A stretch of 64,000 nucleotides of DNA from assembly GCF_024502345.1 (NCBI RefSeq), contig NZ_JALDNN010000001.1; one strand, 5' to 3'. The position numbers and the translations under genes are program-made. Below are positions 34,951-46,461 of this stretch, in pieces (positions within the stretch are counted from its first letter, which is position 1; the number at the start of each line of letters is the position of its first letter). Below the pieces are notes generated by a model that searched no databases, was not told where the DNA came from, and saw nothing but the letters and a program-made list of their open reading frames with translations. The DNA is from Escherichia coli (GTDB lineage: Bacteria > Pseudomonadota > Gammaproteobacteria > Enterobacterales > Enterobacteriaceae).

Positions 34951-35697
34951 ATGTTGCTTAGCATAATCACTGTCGCGTTTCGTAACCTCGAAGGGATAGT
35001 CAAAACACATGCCTCGCTGGCGCATCTGGCGCAGGCGGAAGATATCAGCTTCGAATGGATTGTTGTCGATGGCGGTTCCAATGACGGCACCCGTGAGTAT
35101 CTGGAAAATCTCAATGGTATCTATAACCTACGCTTTGTCAGCGAGCCAGATAACGGTATCTATGACGCCATGAACAAAGGCATTGCGATGGCACAAGGCA
35201 AGTTCGCGTTGTTTCTCAACTCGGGCGATATTTTTCATCAGGATGCCGCAAATTTTGTCCGTAAGTTAAAAATGCAAAAAGATAACGTGATGATCACCGG
35301 CGATGCGCTGCTGGATTTTGGCGACGGGCATAAAATTAAGCGTAGTGCTAAACCGGGTTGGTATATTTATCACAGCCTGCCCGCCAGCCATCAGGCGATA
35401 TTTTTCCCGGTATCCGGCTTGAAAAAATGGCGTTATGACCTGGAATATAAAGTATCTTCCGATTACGCGCTGGCGGCTAAAATGTATAAAGCCGGTTATG
35501 CATTTAAAAAACTCAATGGCCTGGTGTCTGAATTTTCCATGGGTGGGGTATCAACCACCAATAATATGGAATTGTGTGCTGACGCCAAAAAAGTCCAACG
35601 GCAAATATTACATGTGCCTGGCTTCTGGGCAGAATTATCCTGGCATTTACGCCAACGTACTACCTCAAAGACGAAAGCCTTATATAACAAAAGCTGA
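34951..35697 (+). CDS. wcaE: Colanic acid glycosyltransferase WcaE (GT2)
   Basis: 248-aa ORF. Confidence 0.93.
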   Translation: MLLSIITVAFRNLEGIVKTHASLAHLAQAEDISFEWIVVDGGSNDGTREYLENLNGIYNLRFVSEPDNGIYDAMNKGIAMAQGKFALFLNSGDIFHQDAANFVRKLKMQKDNVMITGDALLDFGDGHKIKRSAKPGWYIYHSLPASHQAIFFPVSGLKKWRYDLEYKVSSDYALAAKMYKAGYAFKKLNGLVSEFSMGGVSTTNNMELCADAKKVQRQILHVPGFWAELSWHLRQRTTSKTKALYNKS

Positions 35698-35712
35698 ATA
35701 TAAGGGAAAACG

Positions 35713-36261
35713 ATGCAAGATTTAAGCGGTTTCTCGGTGCCGAAAGGGTTCCGGGGCGGCAACGCTATTAAAGTGCAATTATGGTGGGCAGTACAGGCAA
35801 CAATATTTGCCTGGTCGCCACAAGTATTGTATCGCTGGCGGGCTTTTTTATTACGTTTATTCGGCGCAAAAATAGGAAAAAACGTAGTTATTCGTCCGTC
35901 AGTAAAAATTACCTATCCGTGGAAATTAACCTTAGGTGATTACGCGTGGGTCGGCGATGACGTCAATTTATATACCCTCGGTGAAATAACCATTGGCGCA
36001 CATTCGGTGATATCGCAAAAAAGTTATTTATGCACCGGTAGCCACGACCATGCAAGTCAACATTTCACCATTAACGCCACGCCTATTGTGATTGGCGAGA
36101 AATGCTGGCTGGCAACCGATGTCTTTGTTGCCCCAGGCGTCACAATCGGCGACGGCACCGTCGTGGGTGCACGAAGCAGTGTTTTTAAATCGCTTCCGGC
36201 AAATGTGGTTTGCCGGGGGAATCCCGCAGTGGTGATACGCGAACGCGTTGAAACTGAATAA
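35713..36261 (+). CDS. wcaF: Colanic acid acetyltransferase WcaF (hexapeptide repeat)
   Basis: 182-aa ORF. Confidence 0.93.
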   Translation: MQDLSGFSVPKGFRGGNAIKVQLWWAVQATIFAWSPQVLYRWRAFLLRLFGAKIGKNVVIRPSVKITYPWKLTLGDYAWVGDDVNLYTLGEITIGAHSVISQKSYLCTGSHDHASQHFTINATPIVIGEKCWLATDVFVAPGVTIGDGTVVGARSSVFKSLPANVVCRGNPAVVIRERVETE

Positions 36262-36286
36262 ATTCAAAAATACAGAGGAATAAGAC

Positions 36287-37408
36287 ATGTCAAAAGTCGC
36301 TCTCATCACCGGTGTAACCGGACAAGACGGTTCTTACCTGGCAGAGTTTCTGCTGGAAAAAGGTTACGAGGTGCATGGTATTAAGCGTCGCGCATCGTCA
36401 TTCAACACCGAGCGCGTGGATCACATTTATCAGGATCCGCACACCTGCAACCCGAAATTCCATCTGCATTATGGCGACCTGAGTGATACCTCCAACCTGA
36501 CGCGCATTTTGCGTGAAGTACAGCCGGATGAAGTGTACAACCTGGGGGCAATGAGCCACGTTGCGGTTTCTTTTGAGTCACCGGAATATACCGCTGACGT
36601 CGACGCGATGGGTACGCTGCGCCTGCTCGAGGCGATCCGCTTCCTCGGTCTGGAAAAGAAAACCCGTTTCTATCAGGCTTCCACCTCTGAACTGTATGGT
36701 CTGGTGCAGGAAATTCCGCAGAAAGAAACCACGCCGTTCTACCCGCGATCTCCGTATGCGGTCGCCAAACTGTACGCCTACTGGATCACCGTTAACTACC
36801 GCGAATCCTACGGCATGTACGCCTGCAACGGTATTCTCTTCAACCATGAATCCCCGCGCCGTGGCGAAACCTTCGTTACCCGCAAAATAACCCGCGCAAT
36901 CGCCAACATCGCCCAGGGGCTGGAGTCGTGCCTGTACCTCGGCAATATGGATTCCCTGCGTGACTGGGGCCATGCCAAAGACTACGTAAAAATGCAGTGG
37001 ATGATGCTGCAACAGGAACAGCCAGAAGATTTCGTTATTGCTACCGGCGTTCAGTACTCCGTGCGTCAGTTCGTAGAAATGGCGGCAGCACAGCTGGGCA
37101 TCAAACTGCGCTTTGAAGGCACGGGCGTTGAAGAGAAGGGCATTGTGGTTTCCGTCACCGGGCATGACGCGCCGGGCGTTAAACCGGGGGATGTGATTAT
37201 CGCTGTTGACCCGCGTTACTTCCGTCCGGCTGAAGTTGAAACGCTGCTCGGTGACCCGACCAAAGCGCACGAAAAACTGGGCTGGAAACCGGAAATCACC
37301 CTCAGAGAGATGGTGTCTGAAATGGTGGCTAATGACCTCGAAGCGGCGAAAAAACACTCTCTGCTGAAATCTCACGGCTACGACGTGGCGATCGCGCTGG
37401 AGTCATAA
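36287..37408 (+). CDS. gmd: GDP-mannose 4,6-dehydratase
   Basis: 373-aa [35 protein letters not shown]. Confidence 0.97.
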
Positions 37409-37410
37409 GC

Positions 37411-38376
37411 ATGAGTAAACAACGCATTTTTATCGCTGGCCATCGCGGAATGGTCGGTTCCGCCATCACGCGGCAGCTCGAACAGCGCGGTGATGTGGAA
37501 CTGGTATTACGCACCCGCGACGAGCTGAACCTGCTGGACAGCCGCGCCGTGCATGATTTCTTTGCCAGCGAACGTATTGACCAGGTCTATCTGGCGGCGG
37601 CGAAAGTGGGCGGCATTGTTGCCAACAACACCTATCCGGCGGATTTCATCTACCAGAACATGATGATTGAGAGCAACATCATTCACGCCGCGCATCAGAA
37701 CGACGTGAACAAACTGCTGTTTCTCGGATCGTCCTGTATCTACCCGAAACTGGCAAAACAGCCGATGGCAGAAAGCGAGCTGTTGCAGGGCACGCTGGAG
37801 CCGACCAACGAGCCTTATGCCATTGCCAAAATCGCCGGGATCAAACTGTGCGAATCTTATAACCGTCAGTACGGACGCGATTACCGCTCGGTCATGCCGA
37901 CCAACCTGTACGGGCCGCACGACAACTTCCATCCGAGTAACTCGCATGTGATCCCAGCATTGCTGCGTCGCTTCCACGAGGCGACGGCACAGAATGCGCC
38001 GGACGTGGTGGTATGGGGCAGCGGTACGCCGATGCGTGAATTTCTGCACGTCGATGATATGGCGGCGGCGAGCATTCATGTCATGGAGCTGGCGCACGAA
38101 GTCTGGCTGGAGAACACCCAGCCGATGCTGTCGCACATTAACGTCGGCACGGGCGTTGACTGCACTATCCGCGAGCTGGCGCAAACCATCGCCAAAGTGG
38201 TGGGTTACAAAGGTCGGGTGGTTTTTGATGCCAGCAAACCGGATGGCACGCCGCGCAAACTGCTGGATGTGACGCGCCTGCATCAGCTTGGCTGGTATCA
38301 CGAAATCTCACTGGAAGCGGGGCTTGCCAGCACTTACCAGTGGTTCCTTGAGAATCAAGACCGCTTTCGGGGGTAA
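37411..38376 (+). CDS. fcl: GDP-L-fucose synthase
   Basis: 321-aa [22 protein letters not shown]. Confidence 0.97.
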   Translation: MSKQRIFIAGHRGMVGSAITRQLEQRGDVELVLRTRDELNLLDSRAVHDFFASERIDQVYLAAAKVGGIVANNTYPADFIYQNMMIESNIIHAAHQNDVNKLLFLGSSCIYPKLAKQPMAESELLQGTLEPTNEPYAIAKIAGIKLCESYNRQYGRDYRSVMPTNLYGPHDNFHPSNSHVIPALLRRFHEATAQNAPDVVVWGSGTPMREFLHVDDMAAASIHVMELAHEVWLENTQPMLSHINVGTGVDCTIRELAQTIAKVVGYKGRVVFDASKPDGTPRKLLDVTRLHQLGWYHEISLEAGLASTYQWFLENQDRFRG

Positions 38377-38858
38377 TGATGTTTTTACGTCAGGAAGACT
38401 TTGCCACGGTAGTGCGCTCCACACCGCTTGTCTCTCTCGACTTTATTGTCGAGAACAGTCGCGGCGAGTTTCTGCTTGGCAAAAGAACCAACCGCCCGGC
38501 GCAGGGTTACTGGTTTGTGCCGGGAGGGCGCGTGCAGAAAGACGAAACGCTGGAAGCCGCATTTGAGCGGCTGACGATGGCGGAACTGGGGCTGCGTCTG
38601 CCGATAACAGCAGGCCAGTTTTACGGTGTCTGGCAGCACTTTTATGACGATAACTTCTCCGGCACGGATTTCACCACTCACTATGTGGTGCTCGGTTTTC
38701 GCTTCAGAGTCGCTGAAGAAGATCTGCTACTGCCGGATGAGCAGCATGACGATTACCGCTGGCTGACGCCGGACGCGCTGCTCGCCAGTAACGATGTTCA
38801 CGCTAACAGCCGCGCCTATTTTCTCGCTGAGAAGCGTACCGGAGTACCCGGATTATGA
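38376..38858 (+). CDS. gmm: GDP-mannose mannosyl hydrolase (Nudix)
   Basis: About 160 aa (start at 38376 or 38379), Nudix-like. Confidence 0.92.
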   Translation: MMFLRQEDFATVVRSTPLVSLDFIVENSRGEFLLGKRTNRPAQGYWFVPGGRVQKDETLEAAFERLTMAELGLRLPITAGQFYGVWQHFYDDNFSGTDFTTHYVVLGFRFRVAEEDLLLPDEQHDDYRWLTPDALLASNDVHANSRAYFLAEKRTGVPGL

Positions 38859-40078
38859 AAATACTGGTCTACGGCATTAACTACTCGCCGGAGTTAACGG
38901 GCATCGGCAAATACACCGGAGAGATGGTGGAATGGCTTGCGGCACAAGGTCATGAGGTGCGGGTCATTACCGCACCGCCTTACTACCCGCAATGGCAGGT
39001 GGGTGAGAACTATTCCGCCTGGCGCTACAAACGAGAAGAGGGGGCCGTCACGGTGTGGCGCTGCCCGCTGTACGTGCCAAAACAGCCGAGCACCCTGAAA
39101 CGCTTGTTGCATCTCGGCAGTTTTGCCGTCAGCAGTTTCTTTCCACTGATGGCGCAACGTCGCTGGAAGCCGGATCGCATTATTGGCGTAGTGCCAACGC
39201 TGTTTTGCACGCCGGGAATGCGCCTGCTGGCGAAACTCTCTGGTGCGCGTACCGTGCTGCATATTCAGGATTACGAAGTGGATGCCATGCTGGGGCTGGG
39301 CCTTGCCGGAAAAGGCAAAGGCGGCAAAGTGGCACAGCTGGCGACGGCGTTCGAACGTAGCGGACTACATAACGTCGATAACGTCTCCACGATTTCGCGT
39401 TCGATGATGAATAAAGCCATCGAAAAAGGCGTGGCGGCGGAAAACGTCATTTTCTTCCCAAACTGGTCGGAAATTGCCCGTTTTCAGCATGTCGCAGAGG
39501 CCGATGTTGATGCCCTTCGTAACCAGCTTGGCCTGCCGGATAACAAAAAAATCATTCTTTACTCCGGCAATATTGGTGAAAAGCAGGGGCTGGAAAACGT
39601 TATTGAAGCTGCCGATCGTCTGCGCGATGAACCGCTGATTTTTGCCATTGTCGGGCAGGGCGGCGGCAAAGCGCGGCTGGAAAAAATGGCGCAGCAGCGT
39701 GGACTGCGCAACATGCAATTTTTCCCGCTGCAATCGTATGACGCTTTACCCGCACTGCTGAAGATGGGCGATTGCCATCTGGTGGTGCAAAAACGCGGCG
39801 CGGCAGATGCCGTATTGCCGTCGAAACTGACCAATATTCTGGCGGTAGGCGGTAACGCGGTGATTACCGCAGAAGCCCACACCGAACTGGGGCAGCTTTG
39901 CGAAACCTTTCCAGGCATTGCGGTTTGCGTAGAACCGGAATCGGTCGAGGCGCTGGTGGCGGGGATTTGCCAGGCGCTCCTGCTGCCCAAACACAACACG
40001 GTGGCACGTGAATATGCCGAACGCACGCTCGATAAAGAGAACGTGTTACGTCAATTTATAAATGATATTCGGGGATAA
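38855..40078 (+). CDS. wcaI: Colanic acid glycosyltransferase WcaI (GT4)
   Basis: 407-aa ORF. Confidence 0.93.
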   Translation: MKILVYGINYSPELTGIGKYTGEMVEWLAAQGHEVRVITAPPYYPQWQVGENYSAWRYKREEGAVTVWRCPLYVPKQPSTLKRLLHLGSFAVSSFFPLMAQRRWKPDRIIGVVPTLFCTPGMRLLAKLSGARTVLHIQDYEVDAMLGLGLAGKGKGGKVAQLATAFERSGLHNVDNVSTISRSMMNKAIEKGVAAENVIFFPNWSEIARFQHVAEADVDALRNQLGLPDNKKIILYSGNIGEKQGLENVIEAADRLRDEPLIFAIVGQGGGKARLEKMAQQRGLRNMQFFPLQSYDALPALLKMGDCHLVVQKRGAADAVLPSKLTNILAVGGNAVITAEAHTELGQLCETFPGIAVCVEPESVEALVAGICQALLLPKHNTVAREYAERTLDKENVLRQFINDIRG

Positions 40079-40080
40079 TT

Positions 40081-41517
40081 ATGGCGCAGTCAAAACTCTA
40101 TCCAGTTGTGATGGCAGGTGGCTCCGGTAGCCGCTTATGGCCGCTTTCCCGCGTACTTTACCCCAAGCAGTTTTTATGCCTGAAAGGCGATCTCACCATG
40201 CTGCAAACCACCATCTGCCGCCTGAACGGCGTGGAGTGCGAAAGCCCGGTGGTGATTTGCAATGAGCAGCACCGCTTTATTGTCGCGGAACAGCTGCGTC
40301 AACTGAACAAACTCACCGAGAACATTATTCTCGAACCGGCAGGGCGTAACACTGCACCGGCCATTGCGCTGGCGGCGCTGGCGGCAAAACGTCATAGCCC
40401 GGAGATCGACCCGTTAATGTTGGTATTGGCGGCGGATCATGTGATTGCCGATGAAGACGCGTTCCGTGCCGCCGTGCGTAATGCCATGCCGTATGCCGAA
40501 GCGGGCAAGCTGGTGACCTTCGGCATTGTGCCGGATCTACCTGAAACCGGATATGGCTATATTCGTCGCGGTGAAGTATCTGCGGGTGAGCAGGATACGG
40601 TGGCCTTTGAAGTGGCGCAGTTTGTCGAAAAACCGAATCTGGAAACCGCCCAGGCCTATGTGGCAAGCGGCGAATATTACTGGAACAGCGGCATGTTCCT
40701 GTTCCGCGCCGGACGCTATCTCGAAGAACTGAAAAAATATCGCCCGGATATTCTCGATGCCTGTGAAAAAGCGATGAGCTCCGTCGATCCGGATCTTGAT
40801 TTTATTCGTGTGGATGAAGAAGCGTTTCTCGCCTGCCCGGAAGAGTCGGTGGATTACGCGGTCATGGAACGTACGGCAGATGCTGTTGTGGTGCCGATGG
40901 ATGCGGGCTGGAGCGATGTTGGTTCCTGGTCTTCATTATGGGAGATCAGCGCCCACACCGCCGAGGGCAACGTTTGCCACGGCGATGTGATTAATCACAA
41001 AACTGAAAACAGCTATGTGTATGCCGAATCTGGCCTGGTCACCACCGTCGGGGTGAAAGATCTGGTAGTGGTGCAGACCAAAGATGCGGTGCTGATTGCC
41101 GACCGTAACGCGGTGCAGGATGTGAAAAAAGTGGTCGAGCAGATCAAAGCCGATGGTCGCCATGAGCATCGGGTGCATCGCGAAGTGTATCGTCCGTGGG
41201 GCAAATATGACTCTATCGACGCGGGCGACCGCTACCAGGTGAAACGCATCACCGTGAAACCGGGCGAGGGCTTGTCGGTACAGATGCACCATCACCGCGC
41301 GGAACACTGGGTAGTGGTCGCGGGAACGGCAAAAGTCACCATTGATGGTGATATCAAACTGCTTGGTGAAAACGAGTCCATTTATATTCCGCTGGGGGCG
41401 ACGCACTGCCTGGAAAACCCGGGGAAAATTCCGCTCGATTTAATTGAAGTGCGCTCCGGCTCTTATCTCGAAGAGGATGATGTGGTGCGCTTCGCGGATC
41501 GCTACGGACGGGTGTAA
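40081..41517 (+). CDS. cpsB: Mannose-1-phosphate guanylyltransferase (ManC)
   Basis: 478-aa [27 protein letters not shown]. Confidence 0.96.
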   Translation: MAQSKLYPVVMAGGSGSRLWPLSRVLYPKQFLCLKGDLTMLQTTICRLNGVECESPVVICNEQHRFIVAEQLRQLNKLTENIILEPAGRNTAPAIALAALAAKRHSPEIDPLMLVLAADHVIADEDAFRAAVRNAMPYAEAGKLVTFGIVPDLPETGYGYIRRGEVSAGEQDTVAFEVAQFVEKPNLETAQAYVASGEYYWNSGMFLFRAGRYLEELKKYRPDILDACEKAMSSVDPDLDFIRVDEEAFLACPEESVDYAVMERTADAVVVPMDAGWSDVGSWSSLWEISAHTAEGNVCHGDVINHKTENSYVYAESGLVTTVGVKDLVVVQTKDAVLIADRNAVQDVKKVVEQIKADGRHEHRVHREVYRPWGKYDSIDAGDRYQVKRITVKPGEGLSVQMHHHRAEHWVVVAGTAKVTIDGDIKLLGENESIYIPLGATHCLENPGKIPLDLIEVRSGSYLEEDDVVRFADRYGRV

Positions 41518-41520
41518 ACG

Positions 41521-41640
<120 letters not shown>

Positions 41641-41709
41641 TAAATAACGACAAAAACAAAATTGGCCGTTTCGGTCAGGGCCAACTATTGCCTGAAAAAG
41701 GGTAACGAC

Positions 41710-43080
41710 ATGAAAAAATTAACCTGCTTTAAAGCCTATGATATTCGCGGGAAATTAGGCGATGAACTGAATGAAGATATCGCCTGGCGCATTGGTCGCG
41801 CCTATGGCGAATTTCTCAAACCGAAAACCATTGTGTTAGGCGGTGATGTCCGTCTCACCAGCGAAACCTTAAAACTGGCGCTGGCAAAAGGTTTACAGGA
41901 TGCGGGCGTTGACGTGCTGGATATCGGTATGTCCGGCACCGAAGAGATCTATTTCGCCACGTTCCATCTCGGCGTGGATGGCGGCATTGAAGTCACCGCC
42001 AGCCATAATCCGGTGGATTATAACGGCATGAAGCTGGTGCGCGAAGGGGCTCGCCCGATCAGCGGTGATACCGGACTGCGCGACGTCCAGCGTCTGGCTG
42101 AAGCCAACGACTTTCCTCCCGTCGATGAAACCAAACGCGGTCGCTATCAGCAAATCAACCTGCGTGACGCTTACGTTGATCACCTGTTCGGTTATATCAA
42201 TGTCAAAAACCTCACGCCGCTCAAGCTGGTGATTAACTCCGGGAACGGCGCAGCGGGTCCGGTGGTGGACGCCATTGAAGCCCGCTTTAAAGCACTCGGC
42301 GCGCCCGTGGAATTAATCAAAGTGCACAACACGCCCGACGGGAATTTCCCCAACGGTATTCCTAACCCGCTACTGCCGGAATGTCGCGACGGCACCCGCA
42401 ATGCGGTCATCAAACACGGCGCAGATATGGGCATTGCCTTTGATGGCGATTTTGACCGCTGTTTCCTGTTTGACGAAAAAGGGCAGTTTATTGAGGGCTA
42501 TTACATTGTCGGCCTGCTGGCAGAAGCATTCCTCGAAAAAAATCCCGGCGCGAAGATCATCCACGATCCACGTCTCTCCTGGAACACCGTTGATGTGGTG
42601 ACGGCCGCGGGCGGCACGCCGGTGATGTCGAAAACCGGACACGCCTTTATTAAAGAACGTATGCGCAAGGAAGACGCCATCTACGGTGGCGAAATGAGCG
42701 CTCACCATTACTTCCGCGATTTCGCTTACTGCGACAGCGGCATGATCCCATGGCTGCTGGTCGCCGAACTGGTGTGCCTGAAAGGAAAAACGCTGGGCGA
42801 ACTGGTGCGCGACCGGATGGCAGCGTTTCCGGCAAGCGGTGAGATCAACAGCAAACTGGCGCAACCCGTTGAGGCGATTAACCGCGTCGAACAGCATTTT
42901 AGCCGCGAGGCGCTGGCGGTGGATCGTACCGATGGCATCAGCATGACCTTTGCCAACTGGCGCTTTAATCTGCGCTCCTCCAACACCGAACCGGTGGTGC
43001 GGTTGAATGTGGAATCGCGCGGTGATGTGCCGCTGATGGAAGCGCGAACGCGAACTCTGCTGACGTTGCTGAACGAGTAA
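41710..43080 (+). CDS. cpsG: Phosphomannomutase (ManB)
   Basis: Start set at [17 protein letters not shown] (456 aa); the track ORF is extended 16 codons upstream. Confidence 0.95.
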   Translation: MKKLTCFKAYDIRGKLGDELNEDIAWRIGRAYGEFLKPKTIVLGGDVRLTSETLKLALAKGLQDAGVDVLDIGMSGTEEIYFATFHLGVDGGIEVTASHNPVDYNGMKLVREGARPISGDTGLRDVQRLAEANDFPPVDETKRGRYQQINLRDAYVDHLFGYINVKNLTPLKLVINSGNGAAGPVVDAIEARFKALGAPVELIKVHNTPDGNFPNGIPNPLLPECRDGTRNAVIKHGADMGIAFDGDFDRCFLFDEKGQFIEGYYIVGLLAEAFLEKNPGAKIIHDPRLSWNTVDVVTAAGGTPVMSKTGHAFIKERMRKEDAIYGGEMSAHHYFRDFAYCDSGMIPWLLVAELVCLKGKTLGELVRDRMAAFPASGEINSKLAQPVEAINRVEQHFSREALAVDRTDGISMTFANWRFNLRSSNTEPVVRLNVESRGDVPLMEARTRTLLTLLNE

Positions 43081-43084
43081 TGTC

Positions 43085-43200
43085 ATTACTTTCCCCCTCA
43101 CCCTGACGCTCTACTGCCTGCGAAGAGAAGTGAGCACGGAACTTTCTTCTCCCCCTCGCCCCTTTGGGGAGAGGGCCGGGGTGAGGGGCGAGGCGACAAT
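43085..43200. repeat. GC-rich nested inverted repeat between cpsG and wcaJ
   Basis: ccccctcaccc (near 43093) pairs with ggggtgagggg (near 43180); inner cctcgcccc/ggggcgagg and cccctttgggg palindromes. Confidence 0.6.
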
Positions 43201-43215
43201 AGAACAGGAACAACG

Positions 43216-44610
43216 ATGACAAATCTAAAAAAGCGCGAGCGAGCGAAAACCAATGCATCGTTAATCTCTATGGTGCAACGCTTTTCAGATATCACCATCA
43301 TGTTTGCCGGACTATGGCTGGTTTGCGAAGTGAGCGGCCTGTCATTCCTCTACATGCACCTGTTGGTGGCGCTGATTACGCTGGTGGTGTTCCAGATGCT
43401 GGGCGGCATTACCGATTTTTATCGCTCATGGCGCGGTGTTCGGGCAGCGACAGAATTTGCCCTGTTGCTACAAAACTGGACCTTAAGCGTGATTTTCAGC
43501 GCCGGACTGGTGGCGTTCAACAATGATTTCGACACGCAACTGAAAATCTGGCTGGCGTGGTATGGGCTGACCAGCATCGGACTGGTGGTTTGCCGTTCAT
43601 GTATTCGCATTGGGGCGGGCTGGCTGCGTAATCATGGCTATAACAAGCGTATGGTCGCGGTGGCGGGGGATTTAGCCGCCGGACAAATGCTGATGGAGAG
43701 CTTCCGTAATCAGCCGTGGTTAGGGTTTGAAGTGGTGGGCGTTTACCACGACCCGAAACCGGGTGGCGTTTCTAACGACTGGGCGGGCAATCTGCAACAG
43801 CTGGTCGAGGATGCGAAAGCGGGCAAGATTCATAACGTCTATATCGCGATGCAAATGTGCGACGGCGCACGAGTGAAAAAACTGGTCCATCAACTGGCGG
43901 ACACCACCTGTTCGGTGCTGCTGATCCCCGACGTCTTTACCTTCAACATTCTCCATTCACGTCTCGAAGAGATGAACGGCGTTCCGGTGGTGCCGCTGTA
44001 CGATACGCCGCTTTCCGGGGTTAACCGCCTGCTAAAACGTGCGGAAGATATTGTGCTGGCGACGCTTATTCTGCTGCTGATCTCCCCGGTGCTGTGCTGT
44101 ATTGCGCTGGCGGTAAAACTCAGTTCACCAGGACCGGTTATTTTCCGCCAGACTCGCTATGGCATGGATGGCAAGCCGATCAAAGTGTGGAAGTTCCGTT
44201 CGATGAAAGTGATGGAGAACGACAAAGTCGTGACTCAGGCGACGCAGAACGATCCGCGCGTCACCAAAGTGGGGAACTTTCTGCGCCGCACCTCGCTGGA
44301 CGAATTGCCGCAGTTTATCAATGTGCTGACCGGGGGGATGTCGATTGTCGGGCCACGTCCACACGCGGTGGCGCATAACGAACAGTATCGCCAGCTCATT
44401 GAAGGCTACATGCTGCGCCACAAAGTGAAACCGGGCATTACCGGCTGGGCGCAGATTAATGGCTGGCGCGGCGAAACCGACACGCTGGAGAAAATGGAAA
44501 AACGCGTCGAGTTCGACCTTGAGTACATCCGCGAATGGAGCGTCTGGTTCGATATCAAAATCGTTTTCCTGACGGTATTCAAGGGCTTCGTTAACAAAGC
44601 GGCATATTGA
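43216..44610 (+). CDS. wcaJ: Undecaprenyl-phosphate glucose-1-phosphate transferase WcaJ
   Basis: 464-aa ORF, polyprenyl-phosphate hexose-1-P transferase family (C-terminal PGITGWAQINGWRGET). Confidence 0.95.
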   Translation: MTNLKKRERAKTNASLISMVQRFSDITIMFAGLWLVCEVSGLSFLYMHLLVALITLVVFQMLGGITDFYRSWRGVRAATEFALLLQNWTLSVIFSAGLVAFNNDFDTQLKIWLAWYGLTSIGLVVCRSCIRIGAGWLRNHGYNKRMVAVAGDLAAGQMLMESFRNQPWLGFEVVGVYHDPKPGGVSNDWAGNLQQLVEDAKAGKIHNVYIAMQMCDGARVKKLVHQLADTTCSVLLIPDVFTFNILHSRLEEMNGVPVVPLYDTPLSGVNRLLKRAEDIVLATLILLLISPVLCCIALAVKLSSPGPVIFRQTRYGMDGKPIKVWKFRSMKVMENDKVVTQATQNDPRVTKVGNFLRRTSLDELPQFINVLTGGMSIVGPRPHAVAHNEQYRQLIEGYMLRHKVKPGITGWAQINGWRGETDTLEKMEKRVEFDLEYIREWSVWFDIKIVFLTVFKGFVNKAAY

Positions 44611-44611
44611 T

Positions 44612-46090
44612 ATGAGCTTACGTGAAAAGACCATCAGCGGCGCGAAGTGGTCGGCGATTGCCACGGTGATCATCATCGGCCTCGGGCTGGTGCAGATGAC
44701 CGTGCTGGCGCGGATTATCGACAACCACCAGTTCGGCCTGCTTACCGTGTCGCTGGTGATTATCGCGCTGGCAGATACGCTTTCTGACTTCGGTATCGCT
44801 AACTCGATTATTCAGCGAAAAGAAATCAGTCACCTTGAACTCACCACGTTGTACTGGCTGAACGTCGGGCTGGGGCTTGTGGTGTGCGTGGCGGTGTTTT
44901 TGTTGAGTGATCTCATTGGTGACGTGCTGAATAACCCGGACCTGGCACCGTTGATTAAAACATTGTCGCTGGCGTTTGTGGTGATCCCCCACGGGCAACA
45001 GTTCCGCGCGTTGATGCAGAAGGAGCTCGAGTTCAACAAAATCGGCATGATCGAAACCAGCGCGGTGCTGGCGGGCTTTACTTTTACGGTGGTTAGCGCC
45101 CATTTCTGGCCGCTGGCGATGACCGCGATCCTCGGTTATCTGGTCAATAGTGCGGTAAGAACGCTGCTGTTTGGCTACTTTGGCCGCAAAATTTATCGCC
45201 CCGGTCTGCACTTCTCGCTGGCGTCGGTGGCACCGAACTTACGCTTTGGTGCCTGGCTGACGGCGGACAGCATCATCAACTATCTCAACACCAACCTTTC
45301 AACGCTGGTGCTGGCGCGTATTCTCGGCGCGGGCGTGGCCGGGGGATACAACCTGGCGTACAACGTGGCCGTTGTGCCGCCGATGAAGCTGAACCCGATC
45401 ATCACCCGCGTGTTGTTTCCGGCATTCGCCAAAATTCAGGACGACACCGAAAAGCTGCGCGTCAACTTCTACAAGCTGCTGTCGGTGGTGGGGATTATTA
45501 ACTTTCCAGCGCTGCTGGGGCTGATGGTGGTGTCGAATAACTTCGTACCGCTGGTCTTTGGTGAGAAGTGGAACAGCATTATTCCGGTGCTGCAATTGCT
45601 GTGTATTGTGGGTCTGCTGCGCTCCGTAGGTAACCCGATTGGCTCGCTGCTGATGGCGAAAGCGCGGGTCGATATCAGCTTTAAATTCAACGTATTCAAA
45701 ACATTTCTGTTTATTCCGGCGATTGTTATAGGTGGGCAGATGGCGGGCGCAATCGGCGTCACGCTTGGTTTCCTGCTGGTGCAGATTATCAACACCATTC
45801 TGAGTTACTTCGTGATGATTAAACCGGTTCTTGGTTCCAGTTATCGCCAGTACATCCTGAGTTTATGGCTGCCGTTTTATCTCTCGCTGCCGACGCTGGG
45901 GGTCAGTTATGCGCTGGGCATTGTACTGAAAGGGCAACTGGCGCTGGGGATGCTGCTGGCGGTGCAAATAGCCGCGGGCGTGCTGGCGTTTGTGGTGATG
46001 ATTGTGCTGTCGCGCCATCCGCTGATGGTGGAAGTGAAGCGCCAGTTTTGTCGCAGCGAAAAAATGAAAATGCTTTTACGGGCGGGGTGA
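44612..46090 (+). CDS. wzxC: Colanic acid repeat-unit flippase WzxC
   Basis: 492-aa multi-TM ORF. Confidence 0.93.
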   Translation: MSLREKTISGAKWSAIATVIIIGLGLVQMTVLARIIDNHQFGLLTVSLVIIALADTLSDFGIANSIIQRKEISHLELTTLYWLNVGLGLVVCVAVFLLSDLIGDVLNNPDLAPLIKTLSLAFVVIPHGQQFRALMQKELEFNKIGMIETSAVLAGFTFTVVSAHFWPLAMTAILGYLVNSAVRTLLFGYFGRKIYRPGLHFSLASVAPNLRFGAWLTADSIINYLNTNLSTLVLARILGAGVAGGYNLAYNVAVVPPMKLNPIITRVLFPAFAKIQDDTEKLRVNFYKLLSVVGIINFPALLGLMVVSNNFVPLVFGEKWNSIIPVLQLLCIVGLLRSVGNPIGSLLMAKARVDISFKFNVFKTFLFIPAIVIGGQMAGAIGVTLGFLLVQIINTILSYFVMIKPVLGSSYRQYILSLWLPFYLSLPTLGVSYALGIVLKGQLALGMLLAVQIAAGVLAFVVMIVLSRHPLMVEVKRQFCRSEKMKMLLRAG

Positions 46091-46094
46091 GTTG

Positions 46095-46440
46095 TTGTTT
46101 TCGGTTTCGGCAATGGTTGCCGGATGCGGCGTAAAACGCCTTATCCATCCTACGGTTCTGTGCTCGGGACCTGTAGGCCTGATAAGACGCGTCAGCGTCG
46201 CATCAGGCACTGAATGCCGGATGCGGCGTGAACGCCTTATCCGGCCTACGGTTCTGTGCTCGGGTCTTGTAGGCCTGATAAGACGCGCCAGCGTCGCATC
46301 AGGCACTGAATGCCGGATGCGGCGTGAACGCCTTATCCATCCTACGGTTCTGTGCTTGGATCTTGTAGGCCTGATAAGACGCGCCAGCGTCGCATCAGGC
46401 AAAAAACGGCAACGAACACAACAAACACAGCCTCACCTGG
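46095..46440. repeat. REP array (BIME cluster) between wzxC and wcaK
   Basis: Six alternating units of gccggatgcggcgtgaacgccttatcc...cctacg and gtaggcctgataagacgcg(c/t)cagcgtcgcatcaggc. Confidence 0.85.
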
Positions 46441-46461
46441 CATCAAATTTATGAGGAAAAA

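Noticed and set aside
46095-46440. Possible CRISPR array (regularly spaced repeats)
   Set aside because: Repeats are imperfect REP palindromes in alternating orientation with no unique spacers and no cas genes nearby.
46076-46454. ORFs of 120 aa (+) and 108 aa (-) spanning the wzxC-wcaK spacer
   Set aside because: Their repetitive 'proteins' are translations of the REP palindrome array, not genes.
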